A DNA stretch of 64,000 bases from Gammaproteobacteria bacterium (lineage in GTDB: Bacteria; Pseudomonadota; Gammaproteobacteria; GCA-001735895): assembly GCA_050298595.1 (NCBI GenBank), contig JBNKUM010000115.1, positions 64,001 through 128,000 of the forward strand. The letters run 5' to 3'. Below the pieces are notes generated by a model. That model did not search any database, was not told the DNA's origin, and saw only the letters and a list, made by a program, of their open reading frames with translations. Below are positions 39,583-51,090 of this stretch, in pieces; the first letter of the stretch is position 1; each line of letters begins with the position of its first letter. The position numbers and the translations under genes are program-made.

Positions 39583-40887
39583 TCAGGGCTTTATACGATA
39601 CTCGGCTGAACGGGCATGCGCAGTCAGCCCTTCACCATGTGCCATGACAGATGCCACCTTACCCAATGTGGAGGCACCTTCTGAGGAACAGCCAATCAGG
39701 CTAGAACGTTTCTGAAAGTCATACACGCCCAGGGGAGATGAAAATCTTGCCGTACGCGAGGTTGGTAAGACATGGTTTGGGCCTGCACAATAATCACCTA
39801 GAGCTTCCGCAGTGTAACGACCCATGAAGATTGCGCCAGCATGCTTAATTGAGCGGGCAACTTCTCTGGCATTCTCTACCGATAACTCAAGATGCTCTGG
39901 CGCGACATAATTGGCTACTTGCACCGCTTCATCCATATCCTGCACATGGATCAAGGCGCCACGTGTTGACATGGAGGTATGGATAATGGCTTTACGCGGC
40001 ATTTCCTGAATAAGCTTATCGATACTCTGCTTAACCTGTTGCAGAAAATCCGCATCAGGAGAAACCAATATTGACTGAGCATCTTCGTCATGCTCGGCCT
40101 GCGAGAATAAATCCATCGCAATCCAGTCCGGGTCGGTTTTGCCGTCGCATATCACGAGAATTTCCGAAGGCCCGGCTATCATATCGATCCCTACTGTACC
40201 AAACACCATACGCTTGGCTGTTGCCACATAGATATTGCCCGGCCCGACAATCTTATCGACCTGAGGTACTGTTTCTGTACCATAAGCCAGTGCGGCGATA
40301 GCCTGTGCACCACCAATGGTAAAAACCCGGTCCACATTGGATAGATGCGCAGCGGCCAGTACCAGATCATTCACCACACCATTCGGTGTTGGCACCACCA
40401 TGATGAGTTCTTTTACTCCGGCGACCTTGGCAGGAATTGCATTCATCAATACCGACGAAGGATAGGCTGCTTTGCCGCCTGGTACATAAAGCCCGGCTTT
40501 ATCCAACGCAGTCACCTGTTGTCCGAGAATCGTACCGTCATCTTCGGTATATTCCCAGGAGTCCATTTTCTGTCTTTCTGCATAGCTACGTATACGCTTA
40601 GCCGAGAGTTCTAGCGCATTTTTCTGTTCACTAGACAAGCTTTCAAAAGCCTGTTTCAGGGTTTCCAGCGGCATTTCCAGCTCTGACATACTGTCGACTT
40701 TCAAACCATCAAATCGAGCTGTTAAATCGAGCACTGCCGCATCACCCTGATTGCGAACGCTAGACAGAATTTCGATCACAGTACTCATAACCTGTTCATC
40801 GGATTCCGAATCCCAGGCCAGTAATTGTTCCAGTTGTGGCCAGAAATCTTCGCTCTGGCTGTTGAGTTGTTTGATTTCAATATTCAT
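39583..40887 (-). CDS. hisD: Histidinol dehydrogenase
   Basis: [70 protein letters not shown]. Confidence 0.98.
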   Translation of the reverse strand: MNIEIKQLNSQSEDFWPQLEQLLAWDSESDEQVMSTVIEILSSVRNQGDAAVLDLTARFDGLKVDSMSELEMPLETLKQAFESLSSEQKNALELSAKRIRSYAERQKMDSWEYTEDDGTILGQQVTALDKAGLYVPGGKAAYPSSVLMNAIPAKVAGVKELIMVVPTPNGVVNDLVLAAAHLSNVDRVFTIGGAQAIAALAYGTETVPQVDKIVGPGNIYVATAKRMVFGTVGIDMIAGPSEILVICDGKTDPDWIAMDLFSQAEHDEDAQSILVSPDADFLQQVKQSIDKLIQEMPRKAIIHTSMSTRGALIHVQDMDEAVQVANYVAPEHLELSVENAREVARSIKHAGAIFMGRYTAEALGDYCAGPNHVLPTSRTARFSSPLGVYDFQKRSSLIGCSSEGASTLGKVASVMAHGEGLTAHARSAEYRIKP

Positions 40888-40903
40888 CGTGATCTCTTAA
40901 GCC

Positions 40904-41545
40904 CTAACAGGATGGCTCTTCCACCGCTGCTTCAATTTTTTCTACAACCTGCTTGATCGCCCGGTTCTTCATTTTTAATGAAGCCCGGTTAATGATCAGG
41001 CGCGAACTGATATCCATAATAAATTCCAGCGGCACCAGGCCATTAGCCTTTAATGTATTGCCGGTATCAACCAGATCAACAATCATATCGGCCAACCCAA
41101 CGATAGGTGCCAGCTCCATTGAGCCGTACAACTTGATCAACTCAACCTGACGACCCAGTTTAAGAAAATAATCTCGTGTAATCCCGGTATATTTGGTTGC
41201 CACCTTCAAACGCCCGGCTGGCAATTCACGATCAGCATAACCTGCGGTCATGAGCTTACAGGGTGCGATATGTAAATCGATACGTTCATACAGGCCTTCA
41301 CCGCCATGCTCCAGCAACACGTCTTTGCCTGCAATACCAATATCTGCGGCACCATATTGAACATAGGTCGGCACATCAGCAGATCTTATCAATACCAGAT
41401 TAATATTTTCGTGATTGGTTTTAAAAATCAACTTGCGGCTTTTTTCCATATCCACTTCAGGAATAATGCCCGCGCGTTCCAGTAACGGCAGGGTTTCTTT
41501 AAGGATACGGCCCTTGGCCAGAGCGATGGTAATTAAATCGATCAT
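40904..41545 (-). CDS. hisG: ATP phosphoribosyltransferase, short form (HisZ-dependent)
   Basis: [48 protein letters not shown]; 213 aa, lacks the C-terminal regulatory domain. Confidence 0.96.
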   Translation of the reverse strand: MIDLITIALAKGRILKETLPLLERAGIIPEVDMEKSRKLIFKTNHENINLVLIRSADVPTYVQYGAADIGIAGKDVLLEHGGEGLYERIDLHIAPCKLMTAGYADRELPAGRLKVATKYTGITRDYFLKLGRQVELIKLYGSMELAPIVGLADMIVDLVDTGNTLKANGLVPLEFIMDISSRLIINRASLKMKNRAIKQVVEKIEAAVEEPSC

Positions 41546-41596
41546 AAGACTTTTAATATTATTGGATTTATGGGTTTCGTCTAAATTAATTGAAAC

Positions 41597-42856
<1,260 letters not shown>

Positions 42857-42953
42857 TTATGATTAGGACCCCAACAGCCATCACCGAGAAAACGGGGCAT
42901 TGTATCAGAACAGGCCTTCGATAGTGAATCGAAGCATTATATGGATAATTCTA

Positions 42954-43256
42954 TTACTTATTTTCGCTAAGTAATGAGTCCACTTGACTCAATCTTGCGA
43001 TGGTCAGTAGTGTCTCGGAAAGATGGATAAATGAAACAGTCTTTTCACTTTTCTGCACAGCTTTTTTTAGTTCGATCAGCAGTGCAACAGCCGTACTATC
43101 GACCTTAGTTACCCCACTGAAATCAATCACCCAGCCTGACAGGGTTTTACCCTTGCGAGTCATTTGCTCTAGAGCATACATCACTGTATCGCATATCAGC
43201 TCACCCTTAATCTGGATATACTGATTACCTTCATCGAATTTAACTTCAACACCCAT
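42954..43256 (-). CDS. mlaB: STAS domain protein MlaB
   Basis: IKGEL, IDFSGVTKVDSTAVALL, LLTIARLSQVDSLL; last gene of the mla operon. Confidence 0.85.
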   Translation of the reverse strand: MGVEVKFDEGNQYIQIKGELICDTVMYALEQMTRKGKTLSGWVIDFSGVTKVDSTAVALLIELKKAVQKSEKTVSFIHLSETLLTIARLSQVDSLLSENK

Positions 43257-43282
43257 CTATCGTTTACTCGCCAGTCAGTGAC

Positions 43283-43900
43283 TCAGGAATTTTCCTGCTT
43301 ATTACGATCCTGCAATGATTTGATCAAGCCATCTACGCCGGCTTCTTTTATTTTACGTGAAAAGGTCGAGCGATAATTACTCACCAGACTGATACCATCT
43401 ACACTAATATCGTATACCTTCCAACCATCATCTTTCTTATAAACCTCATAGTTCAGCGGGATGGGAAAACCACCTTTTTGTTCGATTTCAGTTCTGATCG
43501 AAACATCGCCTTTCTCCAGGCTACCGCGCATAGGCAAATACTTGATCACCTGGTCATTATATTCCAGCAACGCTTTTCCGTAAGTTCTAACCAGCAACTG
43601 ACGAAATTCATTAACCAGTTTCGGCTTCTGCTGTTTATTGACCTTAACCTTATAACGTCCAAGTGCCAGATCCGTCATGCGGTCAAAATCAAAATGCGGT
43701 AACACCTTCTCATCTACCATGGCATAGAGTCTGGCTGGATCCTGCTTGAACTCCTGTGAGCGTGACTTGATGATTTCCAGTACTTCATCAGCCGTTATTT
43801 TGATCAATTGCTCTGGGGCAGAATCTCCCGCCATCACCGGCTGTTGAAAAAATCCGGCAATAAGTACGAATACACTTAGTTTTAATAAAAGGCTTTTCAT
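43283..43900 (-). CDS. mlaC: Periplasmic phospholipid shuttle MlaC (Ttg2D)
   Basis: Signal peptide, VLPHFDFDRMT.LALG, FRQLLVRTY, WKVYDISVDGISLVSNYRSTF, GVDGLI. Confidence 0.93.
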   Translation of the reverse strand: MKSLLLKLSVFVLIAGFFQQPVMAGDSAPEQLIKITADEVLEIIKSRSQEFKQDPARLYAMVDEKVLPHFDFDRMTDLALGRYKVKVNKQQKPKLVNEFRQLLVRTYGKALLEYNDQVIKYLPMRGSLEKGDVSIRTEIEQKGGFPIPLNYEVYKKDDGWKVYDISVDGISLVSNYRSTFSRKIKEAGVDGLIKSLQDRNKQENS

Positions 43901-45261
43901 TGATACACACCACTCACACTTTTCAATTTGGAAACATGATTATTGTAATCATTCACAATCTTTACATATTCGGCATACGCCAGCACATAGGCCTGCATGG
44001 CGGTAAGAATCTTCTCGGCTTCTTCCAGCCCTGCCTCAAAATCGGTGTAACTGGCAATCATCCAGCGCCTTGCCGACTTCGCACTTTCCTTCATAGCCAG
44101 CATAGCCTTGTACTTGGATTGCACATAGTGATATTGCTCAGCCACCTGAAATGGAATGCCCTTACGCGCAAACGATGCCTTAGACACTAAAGCGTCCAGC
44201 TCAGCCTGTTCCTGTGCTACGCGAGCCGGTTGCGCATCAGCTTCCCATTGCCAGCGCATACCAATCACGGGTGAAGCTGCAACATGATTAAACGGGTCAA
44301 AAATATGCGGATTATCCAGTCGCTCACGACCCGGCGCATAAGAAAGAGACCCCGCCACACCCGCATAAATGATCGGTTTTTCACTTGATCTTTTGGCTTC
44401 AACCAGAGCACGTCGTGCTGCTAGGCCTGCCTCAATCTGCTTAAATTCGACCCGGTTTTGGGTAGCGCTATCCACCCACTCCTGCAGTTCCATATCTGGC
44501 AGATCTACCGCCCGCAGACGTGTATCTTCCAGTTGCAACTCTTCATTTGCATCGATACCGGTTAACAACCTTAAACCTTCCATTGCTATGCTTTCCAGGC
44601 CACTGGCTTCAGCCAGATAGCGATGGATCAATCCAAGACCTGCCTCCAGGGCATATTGATTACTTAAGGTTGCCTTGCCGTTATCTTCATCCAGCCACTC
44701 ATTGACTAACTCAAGTGCTGCAGTCAATCGCTTTTCGGTATCTTCCATCAGGAAACGGCCATCACGTGCGGCCAGATAACCGTTATAGGCTTTTACTACA
44801 TCCAGCTTGATAGATTCCTTCTCCAGCTCAACATCCTGTTGTTTGATAATAATGTTATTACGTGCCGCTTCCTGATAACTCTCCAGCTGACCGAATGTGG
44901 TCAGCGGGGTGACGACACTAAAGGTCATGCTCACCCAGGGCGACAGTCCATCATTAAAATCATAGGTATCACTACGAGGGGTACAGTTACTGCTACAACT
45001 ATCAGCGCCATTTTCATAAAACCCGCCGTCGACACCAGTAATCACTGCCAGAGCACTGTCTACGGCAAAGCGCCATCCACCTGTTCCTTCCGCCTCCTGC
45101 AGCAAGGCCTTCGCTTTACGCACAAAGGCCTGTTTTTCTTCAATCCTGGGATCGGCATTTAATGCCCGTTCTATGGCCTGTTCAAGATTCAACGTAACCG
45201 TTGCATTTCCCGCCAGTGGGAATAGCAATAATGACATTAATATAAGAATAGGTTTTTTCAT
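43897..45261 (-). CDS. TolC/OEP-family outer-membrane channel inside the mla operon
   Basis: Signal peptide; TLNLEQAIERALNADP N-motif; two OEP-like repeats (PLTTFG...LDVVKAY...LRLLTG; IGMRWQW...FQVAEQY...FEAG...YNNHVSKLKSVSG); 454 aa. Confidence 0.85.
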   Translation of the reverse strand: MKKPILILMSLLLFPLAGNATVTLNLEQAIERALNADPRIEEKQAFVRKAKALLQEAEGTGGWRFAVDSALAVITGVDGGFYENGADSCSSNCTPRSDTYDFNDGLSPWVSMTFSVVTPLTTFGQLESYQEAARNNIIIKQQDVELEKESIKLDVVKAYNGYLAARDGRFLMEDTEKRLTAALELVNEWLDEDNGKATLSNQYALEAGLGLIHRYLAEASGLESIAMEGLRLLTGIDANEELQLEDTRLRAVDLPDMELQEWVDSATQNRVEFKQIEAGLAARRALVEAKRSSEKPIIYAGVAGSLSYAPGRERLDNPHIFDPFNHVAASPVIGMRWQWEADAQPARVAQEQAELDALVSKASFARKGIPFQVAEQYHYVQSKYKAMLAMKESAKSARRWMIASYTDFEAGLEEAEKILTAMQAYVLAYAEYVKIVNDYNNHVSKLKSVSGVYQ

Positions 45262-45270
45262 GGTTATCTA

Positions 45271-45726
45271 TTATTCCTGAGCCTTGCTGAACAGAAACTG
45301 ACTGATGACCTGCTCAAGTATCACTGCTGACTGGGTATGACGTATTTCGGACTGATTCTCCAGCAATTTCTCATCGCCGCCCGGCTCCAGCCCTATATAT
45401 TGTTCACCCAGCAATCCAGCCGTGTAGATACTGGCAATCGTATCATTAGGGAAAGCATTATATTTCTCATCGATCTGCATCGTTACTACAGCCTCGAAAT
45501 ACTTGCTGTCGTAATCAATTTTTGATACCTGACCTACCTTTACACCGGAGACCTTGACCGCTGAACGTACCTTTAGACCACCGATATTTTCAAATTTTGC
45601 GCTCACCTGATAGAAGCCACTATTACTGATACTGCTCAGATTACTCGCCTGCATTGCCAGCATAAACAGAGCCGCAAGGCCTATGCCGACAAACATACCA
45701 ACCGTTACTTCAATGCTTCGAAACAT
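45271..45726 (-). CDS. mlaD: MCE-domain protein MlaD
   Basis: EVTVGMFV TM, AKFENIGGLKVRSAVKVSGVKVGQV, IYTAGLLGEQYIGLEPGG, TQSAVILE. Confidence 0.96.
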   Translation of the reverse strand: MFRSIEVTVGMFVGIGLAALFMLAMQASNLSSISNSGFYQVSAKFENIGGLKVRSAVKVSGVKVGQVSKIDYDSKYFEAVVTMQIDEKYNAFPNDTIASIYTAGLLGEQYIGLEPGGDEKLLENQSEIRHTQSAVILEQVISQFLFSKAQE

Positions 45727-45735
45727 GTCTAACCC

Positions 45736-46488
45736 TCATTGGAACATTATGGCAGTCAGGATAAAGTCCATACCCAGAACAGCCAGTGATGAATTTACTA
45801 CCGTGCGTGTGGTTGCGCGCGCTACGCCTTCAGATGTAGGAATACAGTCGTAACCCTCAAACACAGCTATCCAGCTCACAATAAAACCGAATACCATGCT
45901 TTTGATAACGCCATTCATAACATCATCATAAAAATCTACCTTGGCCTGAATCTGCGACCAGAAAGCACCCGAATCGACGCCCAGCAAATCAACTCCGACC
46001 AGATAGCCGCCTAAAATACCGACCGCACTAAAGATAGCGGCCAACAATGGCATAGAGATAAATCCCGCCAGGAAACGCGGCGCAATAATACGCTCAACTG
46101 GATCAACCGCCATCATTTCAAGGCCAGAAAGCTGCTCGGTTGCTTTCATCAAACCAATCTCAGCGGTTAATGCTGAGCCCGCACGGCCAGCAAATAACAA
46201 AGCGGCTACCACCGGACCCAGTTCGCGCACCAGCGATAAATCGACCACCATACCGAGCGTATCCTCAGCACCAAAGGTATTCAGTGTGTAGTACAGCTGT
46301 AACGCCAGCACCATACCCACAAATAAACCCGCAACCAGCGTAATCAGCAGCGTATGTACACCCACCGAAAACAGTTGATGAATGACCAGCCCAAATCGCG
46401 GGAATAGCTGGGGTAGCGCAAGCAGAATTTTACTTAAAAATATCGAACCCCGGCCTAGACGGGAAATAAAATTGACCAGTGGTTTCAT
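45736..46488 (-). CDS. mlaE: ABC permease MlaE
   Basis: [59 protein letters not shown]. Confidence 0.97.
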   Translation of the reverse strand: MKPLVNFISRLGRGSIFLSKILLALPQLFPRFGLVIHQLFSVGVHTLLITLVAGLFVGMVLALQLYYTLNTFGAEDTLGMVVDLSLVRELGPVVAALLFAGRAGSALTAEIGLMKATEQLSGLEMMAVDPVERIIAPRFLAGFISMPLLAAIFSAVGILGGYLVGVDLLGVDSGAFWSQIQAKVDFYDDVMNGVIKSMVFGFIVSWIAVFEGYDCIPTSEGVARATTRTVVNSSLAVLGMDFILTAIMFQ

Positions 46489-46490
46489 TT

Positions 46491-47288
46491 TTACAGCTTC
46501 ATCAATTGTTGTGTGATGGGGTCACCGGGATAATGGAAAGGCACAGGACCATCCGCCTGACCTTCGATAAACTGGCGCACCCATTCTGAATCAGATTTGC
46601 GGATTTCATCGACACTGCCTTCAGCCACCAGTCGGCCCTCGGAAATTATTTTTACATCATCAGCTATCGACAGGGTTTCTTCCACATCATGTGAAACCAG
46701 TATACTGCTCAGCTTTAATGCATCATTGGTATCACGAATCAATTTCACTAGCACCCCCAGAGAGATGGGATCCTGCCCGGTAAAAGGCTCATCGTACATA
46801 ATCATCATCGGATCCAGCGCCAAAGCACGCGCCAGTGCAACACGTCGCGCCATACCACCGGATAATTCGGCCGGCATCAATTCACTGGCAGCACTTAAGC
46901 CCACAGCCTGCAGCTTGATCAATACCAGATTACGGATCATCGACTCATTCAGGCGCGTATGCTCTCGCATCGGAAAAGCAATATTATCGAATACATTGAT
47001 ATCCGTCAGTAGCGCACCTGACTGGAATAGCATGCCCATTTTTTTGCGCATTTTGTACAGATCAGAACGATTGAGTTTATGTACATTCTGCCCCTGCACC
47101 AGAACTTCACCCTGATCCGGCTGTAACTGACCACCGATCAGTTTGAGCAGGGTGGTTTTTCCTGTACCACTAGGCCCCATCACCGCAGTGATACGGCCTT
47201 CATGAATATCCATATCCACCCCAGCGAAAATAATCTTTTCACCGCGTTTGAAATGCAGGTTTCGAATTTGAACTAAGGTATCAGTCAT
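46491..47288 (-). CDS. mlaF: ABC ATPase MlaF
   Basis: [46 protein letters not shown]-terminal DGPVPFHYP. Confidence 0.97.
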   Translation of the reverse strand: MTDTLVQIRNLHFKRGEKIIFAGVDMDIHEGRITAVMGPSGTGKTTLLKLIGGQLQPDQGEVLVQGQNVHKLNRSDLYKMRKKMGMLFQSGALLTDINVFDNIAFPMREHTRLNESMIRNLVLIKLQAVGLSAASELMPAELSGGMARRVALARALALDPMMIMYDEPFTGQDPISLGVLVKLIRDTNDALKLSSILVSHDVEETLSIADDVKIISEGRLVAEGSVDEIRKSDSEWVRQFIEGQADGPVPFHYPGDPITQQLMKL

Positions 47289-47374
47289 AAAATTATTTGC
47301 TCAGCGAGGCGCGAGTCTATCAACATCATTGCGCGAAGACTACGCCTGTCATAACAATTCTCTTCTTCTCAGGT

Positions 47375-47974
47375 TTAATAACCCATCAACTCGGTCAACG
47401 TGCGAATTTCAGTTAACTGTTGATAGCTGGTATCAGCACCCTGTAACCATAATGTTTTATGCTCAACAAGTGGGGCTAACTCGCTACCGCTCAGCCATTG
47501 CTCGATCCATTCACGATACTGACGAATATTTTCAGCCATGGGTAAAATTGCAAAGCGTGCATTTCGTGTAGACGAATGGCTCGGAGTCCACACATCATCA
47601 AACTTACATATTTCTAATTCAGCAGATAATACTGTTTGCAAATTTTCTTTGTGTAACAAATTGTTACCAGCAGACTGATCAACAATGAGTGCAGAAATTC
47701 GGCAGTCATCGTTTTGCATAAGTGACTGTATGATGGGAATTTGAGTGGAATGTTCGATATATAAACCAAGTTCAAACTCCTCAGGTAAATCAGTAATCCA
47801 CTCAGACAATAGAGCAGTCTGTGAGCCAAGCTCTGGCAGGCTCAGGCAGACAGTGTTAAATTCATTACTGTAGAAAGCCAGCTTCCAGTCCTCAGGAATA
47901 TCATCCGGATAGAACCCTTGCTGCTTTGGGAAGTTTATCCAGTCGAACACTCCGACCGATATTGAATAAGTCAT
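47375..47974 (-). CDS. Hypothetical protein with DUF72-like N-terminus
   Basis: 199 aa; FYPDDIPEDWKLAFYSNEFNTV resembles the DUF72 N-terminal segment, the rest is divergent. Confidence 0.55.
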   Translation of the reverse strand: MTYSISVGVFDWINFPKQQGFYPDDIPEDWKLAFYSNEFNTVCLSLPELGSQTALLSEWITDLPEEFELGLYIEHSTQIPIIQSLMQNDDCRISALIVDQSAGNNLLHKENLQTVLSAELEICKFDDVWTPSHSSTRNARFAILPMAENIRQYREWIEQWLSGSELAPLVEHKTLWLQGADTSYQQLTEIRTLTELMGY

Positions 47975-48060
47975 AACTCAGTTATTCTCACAAGATTTTA
48001 CTGGAAAAAAAGACATAGAATCGTTAGTGTTCGCACCCTGAATCACAACGACCTAATATT

Positions 48061-48588
48061 ATGGCAGAACAACTTACAGATCGACACAGCTTTAGCTATC
48101 AGGAACTTATCGACTGCGGCAATGGCAAGGTCTTTGGCGAAGGTAACGCCCTGCTCCCCTTACCCCCCATGTTGATGTTTGATCGTATCACCAGCATCAC
48201 CGAAGGCGGTGGTAAATACGATAAAGGCTATATAGAAGCCGAACTCGATATCAATCCGGATCTGTGGTTCTTTCAGTGCCACTTCAGCACAGACCCGGTC
48301 ATGCCTGGCTGCCTGGGCCTGGATGCCATGTGGCAGCTGGTGGGCTTTTACCTCGGCTGGAAAGGTGGTCCAGGTCATGGTCGGGCGCTGGGATCCGGCG
48401 AAGTCAAATTCTTTGGCCAGGTATTGCCTGATGCAAAAAAGGTAACCTACAAGATTCACATCAAACGCCTGATTATGCGTAAACTGGTCATGGGTATTGC
48501 TGACGCAAGCATGGAAGTCGATGGGCGTGAAATCTATACTGCAAGCGACCTTCGAGTAGGACTTTTTACCTCTACCGACAACTTCTAA
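48061..48588 (+). CDS. fabA: 3-hydroxydecanoyl-ACP dehydratase/isomerase
   Basis: [38 protein letters not shown] (His plus Asp, FabA type), DLRVGLF. Confidence 0.96.
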   Translation: MAEQLTDRHSFSYQELIDCGNGKVFGEGNALLPLPPMLMFDRITSITEGGGKYDKGYIEAELDINPDLWFFQCHFSTDPVMPGCLGLDAMWQLVGFYLGWKGGPGHGRALGSGEVKFFGQVLPDAKKVTYKIHIKRLIMRKLVMGIADASMEVDGREIYTASDLRVGLFTSTDNF

Positions 48589-48591
48589 AGT

Positions 48592-49566
48592 ATGTTGTTA
48601 TCTGCGCTGGCCATCCTGGTTGGACTGGGTTTACTAGTATGGAGCGCCGATCTATTTGTAGAAGGCGCATCAGCTACTGCTCAAAACCTCGGGGTTTCCA
48701 CGCTCATCATCGGTATCACGGTTATTGGTTTTGGAACCTCTGCGCCCGAGATTTTGATCTCGATCTTTTCGGTATTCGATGATACCCCCGATCTGGCGAT
48801 TGGTAACGCTCTGGGCTCTAATATCGCCAATATTGGGCTGATACTCGGCATTACCGCGCTGATCATGCCACTGGGTATCGCATCCAAGATCCTCAAACGT
48901 GAATTCCCTATTCTCATCATCGCATCAATCATCCTGAGCTGGACGCTATGGGATTTGCAGCTTGATTTAGTCGATGGAATCGTTTTGCTTAGCAGTCTGT
49001 TCATCGCACTCATCTATCTGATGCGTTACAGTCAGAGTGCGAAAGACGATGTGCTTTCCACTGAATTGGACCAGGAAATCCCGCACGACATCCCGACCGG
49101 CAGAGCACTACTGCTAACACTGGTGGGCTTGTTGATTCTAGTTGGCAGCTCCAAATTACTGGTATGGGGCGCTGTTAATATTGCGACTGAGCTAGGTGTC
49201 AGCGAGCTGGTCATCGGCCTGACCATTGTGGCTCTGGGCACCTCGCTACCCGAACTGGCTGCATCGATTGCCGGCGTGAAGAAGAATGAATCAGATCTGG
49301 TCATAGGCAATGTGGTGGGCTCAAATCTATTCAATTCTCTGGCTGTCATAGGTGTCCCTGCCCTAATGACTGATTTCAATGTTTCACCGATTGCTATTAG
49401 TCGAGATTTAAGCGTAACGCTGGGCTTCACTGCAATTTTATTCCTGCTGGCCTACCTGCCCAAATCAAGTTGTTGCAAACTGACGCGCTTTAAAGGCGGC
49501 CTATTACTTTTGGGTTTTGTGCTTTATCAGAGCCTTTTGTATTATCAGATAGTCAATCAGAGCTAA
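48592..49566 (+). CDS. yrbG: Ca2+/Na+ antiporter (YrbG family)
   Basis: Two alpha-repeats GTSAPE/GNALGSNIAN and GTSLPE/GNVVGSNLFN; upstream of kdsD. Confidence 0.9.
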   Translation: MLLSALAILVGLGLLVWSADLFVEGASATAQNLGVSTLIIGITVIGFGTSAPEILISIFSVFDDTPDLAIGNALGSNIANIGLILGITALIMPLGIASKILKREFPILIIASIILSWTLWDLQLDLVDGIVLLSSLFIALIYLMRYSQSAKDDVLSTELDQEIPHDIPTGRALLLTLVGLLILVGSSKLLVWGAVNIATELGVSELVIGLTIVALGTSLPELAASIAGVKKNESDLVIGNVVGSNLFNSLAVIGVPALMTDFNVSPIAISRDLSVTLGFTAILFLLAYLPKSSCCKLTRFKGGLLLLGFVLYQSLLYYQIVNQS

Positions 49567-49572
49567 AACCAC

Positions 49573-50544
49573 ATGGCAGAACACTCATATCAAAACCTGG
49601 GCAAGGCCGTACTCATCAATGAAGCTGAGGCGATACAGGCCATGGTCAAAAGAATCGACGAACGCTTTGAGAAAGCCTGCGAGCTAATCCTGGCCTGCAA
49701 GGGGCGCATTGTGGTCACTGGCATGGGTAAATCTGGGCATATCGGCAATAAAATCGCAGCTACTCTGGCGAGTACCGGTACCCCTGCCTTTTTTATGCAC
49801 CCCGGAGAAGCCAGCCATGGCGATCTGGGTATGATTACCGCCCAGGACCTGCTGATTGCCTTATCCAACTCGGGGGAAACGGCTGAAATCACTACTCTAC
49901 TGCCACTGATAAAGCGCCTCAAATTGCCTTTAATCTCTCTAACAGGCAATCCAAACTCAACCCTGGCAGAGTTCGCCGATATCAATCTGGATGTAGCCGT
50001 AGAGAAGGAAGCCTGTCCATTGGGGCTGGCACCTACATCCAGTACTACCGCCACTCTGGCAATGGGTGATGCGCTGGCAGTTGCGATATTGCAGGCGCGT
50101 GGATTTACCGAAGAAGACTTTGCGCGCTCTCACCCCGGCGGTAGTCTGGGGCGTCGTTTGCTGTTGCGCGTTAGCGATATCATGCATACTGGCAATGCCA
50201 TCCCTGTGGTAGATCAAAGCGCCACCCTCAAACAGGCATTACTGGAAATCAGTAACAAGGGTCTGGGTATGACTGCCATTGCAGATAGCCATCAAAAACT
50301 ACTGGGCATCTTCACCGATGGAGACCTGCGCCGCACTCTGGATACCCAGGCAAATATTCAGACGGCATTGATCACCGAGCACATGACGGCGAACTGCGTT
50401 ACCATTCAGCCAGAACAGATCGCCAGCGATGCATTAACCCTTATGGATGATAAGAAGATAAATGCACTTATCGTGACCGATAAAAATGGGCTGATTCAGG
50501 GTGCATTAAACATGCATGACTTATTAAGAGCTGGCATCGTATAA
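49573..50544 (+). CDS. kdsD: Arabinose-5-phosphate isomerase
   Basis: GMGKSGHIG.KIAATLASTGTP, HPGEASHGDLG, EACPLGLAPTSST, HPGGSLG, CBS pair. Confidence 0.96.
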   Translation: MAEHSYQNLGKAVLINEAEAIQAMVKRIDERFEKACELILACKGRIVVTGMGKSGHIGNKIAATLASTGTPAFFMHPGEASHGDLGMITAQDLLIALSNSGETAEITTLLPLIKRLKLPLISLTGNPNSTLAEFADINLDVAVEKEACPLGLAPTSSTTATLAMGDALAVAILQARGFTEEDFARSHPGGSLGRRLLLRVSDIMHTGNAIPVVDQSATLKQALLEISNKGLGMTAIADSHQKLLGIFTDGDLRRTLDTQANIQTALITEHMTANCVTIQPEQIASDALTLMDDKKINALIVTDKNGLIQGALNMHDLLRAGIV

Positions 50545-50565
50545 AATCACATCAACAGGACAGCC

Positions 50566-51090
50566 ATGGATACCATTACTCGACTCGCACAGAACATTAA
50601 ACTGGTCATTTTCGATATCGATGGTGTACTCACCAATGGCACCCTGTTTTTCGATAATAAAGGCGAAGAATACAAAGCTTTTAACTCTAAAGATGGTCAC
50701 GGTATCAGAATGTTGCTGGAGTGCGGGTTACAGGCTGCAGTCATTACCGGACGAAAATCCGAACTGGTATTACACCGCATGAATGATCTGGGGGTAGAGC
50801 TCATATTCCAGGGCTACCGGGATAAACGTCCAGCTTTCAATGAGTTATTAAAGGTCACTGGCCTTGAAGCCTCACAAATTGCCTATATCGGCGATGATGT
50901 TGTTGACCTGCCCATCATGCAACAGGTGGGTATGGGTATTGCCGTACAGGACGCTCACCCATTTGTCATTCAACATGCCGACTATGTGACCAAACTAGGA
51001 GGTGGCCTGGGTGCAGCGAGGGAAGCCATAGAGTTTATTCTGCAGTCACAGCAACTGTTACATGACAAGCTGGAAAGCTATCTGAAATGA
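50566..51090 (+). CDS. kdsC: KDO 8-phosphate phosphatase
   Basis: FDIDGVLTNG, KDGHGI, ITGR, YIGDDVVD, GGLGAARE. Confidence 0.95.
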   Translation: MDTITRLAQNIKLVIFDIDGVLTNGTLFFDNKGEEYKAFNSKDGHGIRMLLECGLQAAVITGRKSELVLHRMNDLGVELIFQGYRDKRPAFNELLKVTGLEASQIAYIGDDVVDLPIMQQVGMGIAVQDAHPFVIQHADYVTKLGGGLGAAREAIEFILQSQQLLHDKLESYLK

